Position numbers and translations under genes: made by a program
Notes under the pieces: model-generated
Database searches by the model: none
Told to the model about the DNA's origin: nothing
What the model saw: the letters and a program-made list of their open reading frames with translations, nothing else
In this document: positions 7,623 through 14,860 of the stretch, one piece after another
Position numbering within the stretch: the stretch's first letter is position 1
How the letters are laid out: every line of letters begins with the position of its first letter
Assembly (NCBI GenBank): GCA_031316235.1
Contig: JALDRA010000001.1
Coordinates: 540,001 to 572,000 of the forward strand
Origin: Candidatus Scalindua sp.
GTDB taxonomy: Bacteria; Planctomycetota; Brocadiia; Brocadiales; Scalinduaceae
Length of the DNA: 32,000 bases
Direction of reading: 5' to 3'

Positions 7623-9629
7623 TTAACTAAAAATGGCGTCACAAGCCATATCATCCGACCAACCTGACCAACTACTACCTCTCCAAGTGTTGTGCCACAA
7701 ACGTTTATCATATCCTACTGCAAACAAGTCAATACTGTTTGTACGTTTAGACACAGCTGCAGGTCCAGATAGAAATTTTCCGATACCATTATCTGTATCC
7801 GCTGACCACCCTGACCACTTAAAACCGTCAAAGAAACTGTGATACATTTTATGATCTTCACCCAAAGCAAAAACATCTATACGTCCAGCTACCCATGAAA
7901 CGGCCGCAGGAGCTGAAACAAAGGTACCTTCGCCTGGACCAGTCGACCATGAAGACCATATATTTTCTTCCAAACTTGCGTGATAAATTTTACGGTCATC
8001 TCCAAGCGCAAAAACATGTAATCGATCTTTATCCCAAAACGTAGCTGCTGGTGTGGAAATAAATTCACCATCCGAAATATTAGATTCAAGCATTGACCAT
8101 TCTGATCCATTCCATTGGAGATAACGCATATGTCTCGTTAACAAATCAACATAGAATACTTTCAATCTGTTCTCTGCAGTTGCAACGGTGGCAGGACCGT
8201 ACATTGAGTAGTTATCTCCAAGGTGTTCCCAATCTGTCCATTCAGAATTTTCCCACGTACATTGCCAAATGCGATTATCATCTCCTAGAGCGAATACATC
8301 TAATCGATCGTTATTCCAAGATGAAGTTGCCGCCCCTGAAGAAAACGTCGCATGGCTACCCCGAGGCGTCCAGCCAATAAAACTATTATTACTGATCCAT
8401 GTCTGATACATTCTACGATCCATACCTCGCATAAAAACATCTATGCGTTCAATACTTGCTTCATGTCCAGGTAGTCCTAAGGCTAACGGCCTCTTCCAAG
8501 CTACTGCACCAACATTTGGAGGAACCATCAAATTTGTCAGTGGCTTTTCACCAAAAACCTCCCAATCATAAAGAAGCTTGTAACGGCCACCATCAGCTTG
8601 GTCTCCCTGCCATGCTAGGTACTTGTTTTTGGTATTTGTAACACCATTCCAAGTAGAGTAAGGGGTTGGAAGTTGTAATTCGACTACTTTCGCGTCAAAA
8701 ATTTCATCTTTATTTTGACCGAGAAACCAGTCTTGAATTAACGTGATGAGGGCACCAACTATAGCCCCCACAATCGCCCCAATAGCTGCTCCTAGCAACG
8801 TTCCAAGGCCTGGAAACGTATTGCCGATAGATCCTCCTATGGTTGCACCCAGAATAGTCGCAGTTACCCATGTAGCTATTTTTTCCTCTATAAGTGGTTT
8901 TATTTCTTCCAATAATTTTACAACGAATTCGGAGAATCCCACATCGTCATGTTCTGCCAGTACTACTATAACAGCAAAACTACGAGGCCAATATAGAGGA
9001 TCTCTAGACCCATTGAGGGTTACAATGTCTGGGAAATTAAAAGATTTTAAATTTTTTGGTGGACTATAGATTTTGTTCTCACCAGCATCAAAATCATCAC
9101 TTACAGTGAAGATGTTAATTTTCTTAGCAATACCAACCGAGTCTATAGAAATACCACTCATTTGAATATGGTCGGCACCTATTTCGTCGGTTTCCTCAAT
9201 GCACTCGACTCTATGTACCCTAAAGCGGATACCTTCGAAACCAGTAGTTTGTTCAGGAAGTAGTGCCATTTTTGGTAAAGGTAATTGGTCTAACGAAATA
9301 TCTCTAGACTCTGAAAGAGCTCTAGCTTGTTCTGTAACAGATAAATCCGAGCGTAAATTTACACCAGCTAACCGACCATATTTAGATTCGCGCATCTGCG
9401 GTGTTATATTTCTAAGCGTATTAACCATCGACTGTTGTTTAGAAGTAGGTAGTTGAATCAAGCGTTTATAAAATATTTCTTCTAGTGTGTTATTCGAGCT
9501 GGACATTGGATGTGAATTAGGTTGATCAAAATGCTGTATGGCTTTATCTGCAGACAAATTCACAGTATTCACCACATAATCAGTAATTTCCTTTAACAAT
9601 CGATCATCTAAACCATTTATATGCGACAT
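7623..9629 (-). CDS. 668-aa protein: unknown N-domain, glycine-zipper hydrophobic hairpin, 6-blade PLL/AAL-type (lectin-like) beta-propeller
   Basis: GAAGGAG RBS and an ATG start; no signal peptide. Residues ~252-298 read WVTATILGATIGGSIGNTFPGLGTLLGAAIGAIVGAIVGALITLI. Residues ~385-668 carry six repeats of R[IL]DVF[AV]xG.D..[IMLY][WY]H..W....WS.W..(L)G..F.S.PAAVSW. Confidence 0.85.
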   Translation of the reverse strand: MSHINGLDDRLLKEITDYVVNTVNLSADKAIQHFDQPNSHPMSSSNNTLEEIFYKRLIQLPTSKQQSMVNTLRNITPQMRESKYGRLAGVNLRSDLSVTEQARALSESRDISLDQLPLPKMALLPEQTTGFEGIRFRVHRVECIEETDEIGADHIQMSGISIDSVGIAKKINIFTVSDDFDAGENKIYSPPKNLKSFNFPDIVTLNGSRDPLYWPRSFAVIVVLAEHDDVGFSEFVVKLLEEIKPLIEEKIATWVTATILGATIGGSIGNTFPGLGTLLGAAIGAIVGAIVGALITLIQDWFLGQNKDEIFDAKVVELQLPTPYSTWNGVTNTKNKYLAWQGDQADGGRYKLLYDWEVFGEKPLTNLMVPPNVGAVAWKRPLALGLPGHEASIERIDVFMRGMDRRMYQTWISNNSFIGWTPRGSHATFSSGAATSSWNNDRLDVFALGDDNRIWQCTWENSEWTDWEHLGDNYSMYGPATVATAENRLKVFYVDLLTRHMRYLQWNGSEWSMLESNISDGEFISTPAATFWDKDRLHVFALGDDRKIYHASLEENIWSSWSTGPGEGTFVSAPAAVSWVAGRIDVFALGEDHKMYHSFFDGFKWSGWSADTDNGIGKFLSGPAAVSKRTNSIDLFAVGYDKRLWHNTWRGSSWSGWSDDMACDAIFS

Positions 9630-10051
9630 CAGCTTACTCCTTCTCGTTTTTTAGGAACTATCTCATAGAATTTCTTGAATTTATTGGGATTATATTCCCC
9701 GTTACTTGTGGCGTTTAAAATGTATTGCTATGAAATATTTGATTTCGGACAATTTGTATTAATGCCTCCCCTCATCTGTTTGCGATGGGGATGTTTATTG
9801 TAAGATTCGACGAGTGCTCCTATTCTTTTTTGTGTAGCCGAATGAGTCAGGACCGATCCCAGTCGATCATTTGAATTGTTGATTCGCTCATACCATTCAC
9901 AGCCAAAAATGGCTTTTTAAGCACAATTAAAATAATCTCCCTAATATTTATTCGTGAATTAACTTATCATACTGTACCCCCTATGTCAATATGAAAACTG
10001 GAGTGTGCGGCCGAGCAAGATCGATAATTCCAGTAGGTGAAAGATCCGAAT

Positions 10052-10341
10052 AAAGGGGTCCATTCTACATAACAGAAATAAAGTATGCTCGCTCCATGAC
10101 ACGTCCACTAAGAATAGAATATCCAGGTGTGTGGTATCACGCAATGAACAGAAGATTAAATCAGTACTCCATATTTTTGCGTAATTCTGATTATGAACTT
10201 TTTATACTCATTTCATAATCGTTTTCGGATAAAATCCGAGTAAAAGCGGAGCGAGTAAAGTCCTCGGCACTTTTTGTCCGGGGATACCTTCACCAAGATT
10301 TGGTTTCCGGTAATACCGAAAACCAAATCGGTTTTAGTATA
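10052..10341 (+). repeat. ~290-bp long direct repeat, copy 1 (RAYT 5' fragment plus R1 copy b at 10203-10341)
   Basis: Near-identical by eye to 12382-12681, with a few substitutions and two 5-nt indels near the start. Homology stops exactly at the R1 3' end (agtata). Confidence 0.85.
10096..10218 (+). pseudogene. RAYT / IS200-like Y1 transposase gene, 5' fragment (40 codons)
   Basis: It translates to MTRPLRIEYPGVWYHAMNRRLNQYSIFLRNSDYELF, matching the N-terminus of REP-associated tyrosine transposases (..RPLRIE.PG..YH...RG......IF.DD.DR..F). It then runs into R1 and stops. Confidence 0.7.
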
Positions 10342-10489
10342 GAATGAGGTTCAAGAGAGAACAACCGCTACGCCTGCTCTCAACACAACCTCTTCTCTAT
10401 GGAAGATTAATTTTAGAATAAGTGGAGATTTCAACGTAATAATCAATTTACCACTTTTTTTATCTTTGTTTAATAAATTGTAACTATCA

Positions 10490-11888
10490 CTACAGCGACA
10501 CTTTTTTTCTCAGCTTCCGCTGCAATTTTTTGAATTCCTTTATTTTTGTTTTTCTATGAGAACGATAAGCACTATAATTCCTTTTCTGGTGGTACCTGAT
10601 AAGTTCAATTACGTATTTTTTATCAAGTGGAATAACCGGCAGAACGGCCTCCAACAGCATACGAGCTTGGGGTAAAGTCAGAGCCGGTGTTTTTTTTTAA
10701 TACTCCGCGTATTCTAAGCAAAAATAATTGTGCCAAAAAAACAAACGTCATATGCCTATGCCAGGCGGGCCAGGAACGATGTTCATAATCTGCCATGCCT
10801 AATTCGCTTTTGCCTTCTTGAAATGATTGCTCGACAGGCCAGCGTAATACACATACACGTATCATTTCTTCAAGTGCCGTCTCTGCCGGAGCATTGCTGA
10901 GGCAGTACTTTATTTCATGTGTTTTAGGATCTTTTCTTAAAAACAGCCATCTTTCATTCTCCGCTGTACTGTCATCGCCTGCAAACACCCTGGTTCGAGC
11001 GACAAATCCATAAATTGGCCCTTTTGCTCCTTCAGCAAGTTGGGCCAGCTTCCACTTTACATTTCCGTCCTGTGCTATATCGGATACTTTTCTTTCAACT
11101 CTCTTCCGGCAAGCTTCACCATCTTGCGTGCTCACTAACACTTTCCGATTCTTTGCTATATCAGCTAGATAAAAAACCTGTGGAGGAAGATTTTCTAAAA
11201 AATCAGGGCTATTGCCAAATATACTATCACACGTTATCCAACGAAATGGGAACAGCCCACCCGTACTCAATTCAGCAATCATCTCAACGGCAAGTTCCGG
11301 TTTCTTCCTGAATACCAAATTTTTAGGCACTTTGCATCTTTCACGTCTCTCTTTATACTCAGGGTCAAACCACTTTTCAGGCATATACAGCCGGCGGTCT
11401 ATCAATCCATACCCCTTCGTACTCGTATATGCCACGTACACTCCAGACTGACAATTTTCTATTTTACCAAGACGGCCACAATATTGACGAGCGACTCCCA
11501 CCGATTCCTTTCCTTTTTTCACCACTTCTCTACTATCAAGACTGAGTACTCCATCAGCTTCGGACAATAGTTTTGAGAGTTCCTCTTTGTGCCGTGAAGC
11601 GATAAATTCTCCATCCCACTTGTACTCTCCCATGAACCGTTGCAAGCTTCGTACTGTATCTTTACCTCGGAGTCGAAGTGCTATTGGCTCTATCGATTTA
11701 CGATCAAGCTTACTTAATAAACCCTGCAAATAGCACAAGCTCAAATCTTTCTGCTCTTTCCGTCTGAATCCCTCCTCAAACAATGCGTGATACTTCTCCA
11801 ACTCTGTTGCAAGCTTTCCGATATCGCTTGCACTCAATTCAACTCCGGGTTCTACTTCAGGACTCCAGTCCGGGGGACGTACTATCAT
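10490..11888 (-). pseudogene. IS701-family (IS4-like DDE) transposase with a +1 frame break in an A9 run
   Basis: Signature QYCGRLGKIENCQSGVYVAY plus YLQGLL and HRSWPAWHRH. The likely start is the ATG at 11888 (AAGGAG 7 nt upstream); the ORF-track TTG at 12074 has no RBS. After the A9 run (plus T9 at 10690-10698) the open frame ends at 10623. The +1 frame continues TPALTLPQARMLLEAVLPVIPLDKKYVIELIRYHQKRNYSAYRSHRK.. to a stop at 10490, which is a typical family C-terminus. Confidence 0.8.
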
Positions 11889-12137
11889 ACTGCTTCTCCT
11901 TTCCAATGGCAGATTGCTGTAAGGTCTGTTTGAAAGGAGATACTTTCGGGTAAGTAATGGTTCTGTTTTGTCTTGTTTTATATTTCGCCTGCCTTGGGTG
12001 TCTAATACATAGGTAAAAGTAAAGGGGTCAAATCTGCCGATGGCTTTGCTGTAACTATTTTTTTGTTTCGTCAACTTGTTTTTTTAGTTTTTTGTTACTA
12101 TCCAGACGAAACTTCATTCTATCAATTTGCTAATTTA

Positions 12138-12347
12138 TCAGGCATATATTAAACGCCCCTTCGCTTCCGGAATTGGACGATTTAACTCTTTTGCCGTGTC
12201 TATCCATTCTTGTATAATAACTTCGACATTAGAGAGCGCCTCCTGGTATGTATTACCGTCTGACATACATCCTGGTAATTCCGGAACTTCTGCAATAAAA
12301 GCATTATCTTCATTACTCCAATAAATTATAATTTCATACTTACTCAT
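12138..12347 (-). CDS. hicB: HicB-family antitoxin (UPF0150), orphan
   Basis: YEIIIYWSNEDNAFIAEVPELPGCMSDGNTYQEALSNVEVIIQEWI is the classic HicB N-domain. GGAGA lies 8 nt upstream of the ATG. There is no hicA ORF on either side. Confidence 0.8.
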   Translation of the reverse strand: MSKYEIIIYWSNEDNAFIAEVPELPGCMSDGNTYQEALSNVEVIIQEWIDTAKELNRPIPEAKGRLIYA

Positions 12348-12381
12348 TTGTTATGTCTCCTAATTTATATTTAAGGTTAAG

Positions 12382-12681
12382 AAAGGGGTCAAGTCCATTC
12401 TTGACTACATAATAGAAATAAAGTATGCTCGGTCCATGACACGTCAACTAAGAATTGAATATCCAAGTGCGTGGCATCACGCAATGAACAGAAGATTAAA
12501 TCAGTACTCCATATTTTTGCGTAATTCTGATTATGAACTTTTTATACTCATTTCATAATAGTTTTCGGATAAAATCCGAGTAAAAGCGGAGCGAGTAAAG
12601 TCCTCGACGCTTTTTGTCCGGGGATACCTTCACCAAGATTTGTTTTTCAGAAAAACCGAAAACCAAATCGGTTTTAGTATA
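12382..12681 (+). repeat. ~290-bp long direct repeat, copy 2 (RAYT 5' part plus R1 copy c at 12543-12681)
   Basis: See copy 1. Here the flank after R1 continues the RAYT reading frame. Confidence 0.85.
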
Positions 12682-12755
12682 TAACAGAGACCAAAGAAGC
12701 ATGTGAACTTTTTAATGTCTATATTTTCTCATATTTCTTGATGCCAAACCATTAT
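12436..12755 (+). pseudogene. RAYT / IS200-like Y1 transposase gene interrupted by R1 and truncated
   Basis: Part 1 (12436-12544) encodes MTRQLRIEYPSAWHHAMNRR..SDYELF. R1 occupies 12545-12679, flanked by TA. Part 2 (12681-12755) encodes ITETKEACELFNVYIFSYFLMPNHY, matching the ..E...RF.....AYCLM.NHYHLL region. Removing R1 and one TA restores a continuous frame (gaa ctt ttt ata aca gag). Homology is lost after NHY, where a 20-nt perfect palindrome sits (12756-12775). Confidence 0.7.
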
Positions 12756-12874
12756 TTATGTGAAGCTTCACATAATTATTTACTACACACAACATTACCA
12801 TTTACTATTATGCACACCAAGGACTGCCCTCTTTTTGAGTAGTTTTACCGGCAGCAGGTAGAAGTTCTTTTTGT

Positions 12875-13210
12875 TTACATTTTCTCTTCAATTACCTTTA
12901 GTATTTCCTCGCAAGAGATTTGATAACTTGGCAAGACATTATTACCTTGATGAAGATGATGCGGATATGTTTCAATATGTTTGTGATGTGCGGAGTTGTC
13001 CCACCTGACCAACAACTTGCTATTTGATTCTTGCCAGTGATATGAATAGTGTCGCATATTAACGTCAGAGTATTCCCTTATGTACAGTTCTGTATTATTT
13101 TTCAATGTTGCCTTGATCTTTATGTAGAAACCACCCGCAAAATACTCTAGAACAGGAACTTTAAAGTCTTTGACTATATTACTCTTTTCAAGACACTTTA
13201 TAATCTCCAA
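12875..13210 (-). CDS. DUF6516-like protein (NCBI 'TumE-family toxin' type, name from memory)
   Basis: The motif YSYHWQ....L.RWDN..HH..I.T.PHH.H is present (YSYHWQESNSKLLVRWDNSAHHKHIETYPHHLH). It uses a TTG start with AAGGAG 7 nt upstream and overlaps the upstream partner by 23 nt. Confidence 0.6.
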   Translation of the reverse strand: MEIIKCLEKSNIVKDFKVPVLEYFAGGFYIKIKATLKNNTELYIREYSDVNMRHYSYHWQESNSKLLVRWDNSAHHKHIETYPHHLHQGNNVLPSYQISCEEILKVIEEKM

Positions 13211-13454
13211 CTTCCAGCTCCTTCTTTTCTTTGATCAAGTTCTGTAAAACATTTTTATACCCTTTCCATTCCATGTAATCATCCCATTTCTCAAAGTCTT
13301 CTTTCTCAGACCCTTTCATGTCCTTTTCAAACTGTTCAAACGGCATCGCGTATTTCTTCGTGAAAAGCCTGATTTTTTCAGTAACCTTGTGATACTCACA
13401 CATCATATTGGCATAATACATATCTCTTGCCTTTTCCTTGTCAATGATGACCAT
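13188..13454 (-). CDS. small acidic partner protein of the DUF6516-like gene (putative antitoxin/adaptor)
   Basis: ATG at 13454 has GGAGG 8 nt upstream; the ORF-track GTG at 13463 overlaps that RBS. The product is 88 aa and E/K/D-rich (..FEQFEKDMKGSEKEDFEKWDDYMEWKGY..), and the gene is translationally coupled to the downstream gene. Confidence 0.6.
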   Translation of the reverse strand: MVIIDKEKARDMYYANMMCEYHKVTEKIRLFTKKYAMPFEQFEKDMKGSEKEDFEKWDDYMEWKGYKNVLQNLIKEKKELEVGDYKVS

Positions 13455-13692
13455 ATTAATCACCTCCTACAATCTTATTATCGTTCATTGCCAGATTATT
13501 TCTGATTAAACCTTTAATATTATCTATTCGCAAGAATAATAACAAGTATAAATGTCCCAGTTCAAATTCTGATTGTATCGATTCCCAAATTAATAAACGG
13601 GTCACCATTCTTGAGAGCACCGATTAAAACCCGCAAGGAGATTACGGGTCAAGTCGAAAGCGCCGATTAAAATCGGCGGAGAGCAGAGAATA

Positions 13693-13839
13693 AAAGAGTC
13701 TTACAATGAAGGCGTAGCGAGTCGCATTGGCCCCGAGTCATGCCTCAACGACCCGCGAGGGAGTGGGGAAGCATTGACAGGGGGAAACGCAGGCGGGCTA
13801 TTGAGCTCCGAAAACACCTCATTCCGGAATCCGAGCTAG
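13693..13839 (+). other. fragment of the 'GPESC' pseudo-ORF region that I associate with group II introns
   Basis: It translates to KESYNEGVASRIGPESCLNDPRGSGEALTGGNAGGLLSSENTSFRNPS*. From memory, the pattern S.EG.A.H.GPESC......GEALTG..AG..LS.E is common in unannotated ORFs just upstream of group II intron RT genes. It has no start codon and is truncated. Confidence 0.4.
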
Positions 13840-13853
13840 CCTGGATTTTCACG

Positions 13854-13950
13854 GATAGGGGTCAAGGGATAGGGGTCAAGTCCATTCTTGACTACATAAT
13901 AGAAATAAAGTAAACTCTTATCATAACGCGTCCACTAAATGAAGGTCTGA
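13854..13950 (+). repeat. tandem 14-bp duplication plus a third, degenerate copy of the RAYT 5' region
   Basis: ggataggggtcaag occurs twice (13854-13881). It is followed by ggggtcaagtccattcttgactacataatagaaataaagta, identical to the start of the long repeat at 12385, and then by a decayed ..acgcgtccactaa.. in place of atgacacgtccactaag. Confidence 0.65.
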
Positions 13951-13983
13951 TAATATGAGATCAAGCCATCTTATCATCGACAA

Positions 13984-14241
13984 TTAAGATAATGGTTGCA
14001 TGCTTAAAAGATGACATACTTCAATACCGTCATCCAGGTTTTTCCAGTATATAGCAAAACCACCGGATTCGAGAGACCAGTTTGCACGTTGTTCACTTGT
14101 TGCTTTTGCCAACCAATCGATTTTGTCAATTGGCAGACATATTTCCCTATAGTCATTTAATGAAACATATAGCTTGTTTTTGTCGAAACGAACTCCAGTT
14201 GCAAATACTGTTCGATCTTCATTCTTGGTTAAAGTAGGCAT
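13984..14241 (-). CDS. DUF2442 domain protein
   Basis: V.F....L.V.L.D.REI..P......L..AT.EQR.NW.L...G..I.W..LD..I.V..LL fits DUF2442. GGAG lies 8 nt upstream of the ATG. The start overlaps the stop of the DUF4160 remnant. Confidence 0.75.
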   Translation of the reverse strand: MPTLTKNEDRTVFATGVRFDKNKLYVSLNDYREICLPIDKIDWLAKATSEQRANWSLESGGFAIYWKNLDDGIEVCHLLSMQPLS

Positions 14242-14456
14242 TCCACATCTCCAATAATTTTTTTTGATTCTGTTTGTTTGGTTAGTTTTAAAATACGATT
14301 CATTTTTGCCTTATTATAGCCTCTATTATATTCGACTTCTATAGGTTGAAGCCAAACCTTTGCTTCATTATTATCTTGAATTACATGCATATGTTTTTAT
14401 ATCTTTTTGTCTTCAATTTTATACTATATGGCATAAGGGAATCTGCTGGAAAGCAT
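14229..14456 (-). pseudogene. DUF4160 gene with two in-frame stop codons
   Basis: One frame reads MLSSRFPYAI*YKIEDKKI*KHMHVIQDNNEAKVWLQPIEVEYNRGYNKAKMNRILKLTKQ... This aligns with DUF4160 (..GPYRFFFYSNE..EPPHIHV.....AKFWL.P..), with TAG at 14426-14424 and TAA at 14399-14397. Only a 53-codon sub-ORF (14390-14229) is open. Confidence 0.6.
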
Positions 14457-14860
14457 TCTATGGTATCCATAAATTTTCCGATGAACTCCTCCGAATAGCC
14501 TCTGTGTTTTAAGGCAGGACATTTTCCCATATTTAGGCAACCATAATGTTTTGTGTACCAATAAATTCAGCTTCCAAATCAGGTTCACCGTCTTCTCGTA
14601 ACATTTCGATTACTTCCTTAATCTTCCTTTATTGTGAAAACAATCGCTTCCTCTATACCTATTTATACATTGAACGGTTTCAATTACAATGACATAGTAA
14701 CCTGATAAATTTGAATGGCAAATTTCTATTGCCGCATTCTCATGTCATCTGGAAACTCGAAGTTCTTAAGGCCTCACCGACAAGTTTCTTCCCATCTCTA
14801 TCAACAGTAGAAAATATAAACGTGTCCTCTTTTTCAAATTTCTCCAATATCGTTTTAATT

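Noticed and set aside
7633-9456. Plus-strand ORFs in the track (7633-7842, 8093-8380, 8456-8641, 8743-9069, 9199-9456) and the minus-strand 7889-8110
   Set aside because: All lie inside the 668-aa minus-strand gene, either antisense or out of frame. They have no RBS, and their low-complexity translations mirror the real frame (for example APTIAPTIAPIAAP opposite the glycine zipper). They are shadow ORFs.
9740-9900. Possible integrase-core (rve) C-terminal remnant on the minus strand (..LVESYNKHPHRKQMRGG.. resembling ..YN..RPH..LGG..)
   Set aside because: Only about 15 residues of loose similarity and no surrounding catalytic region. This is too short to support without a database search.
12756-12775. 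A 20-nt perfect palindrome ttatgtgaagcttcacataa at the point where RAYT homology is lost
   Set aside because: It could be a small hairpin insertion or a deletion scar. With a single instance in the window I cannot tell, and reading frames on either side do not reconstruct cleanly.
14457-14640. Possible group II intron maturase (GIIM-like) remnant on the minus strand (..KIKEVIEMLREDGEPDLEAEFIGTQNIMVA*, then WLPKYGKMSCLKTQRLFGGVHRKIYGYHR)
   Set aside because: On closer reading, the downstream part resolves into the N-terminus of the DUF4160 pseudogene. The remaining similarity to maturase motifs is too vague and needs a frameshift.
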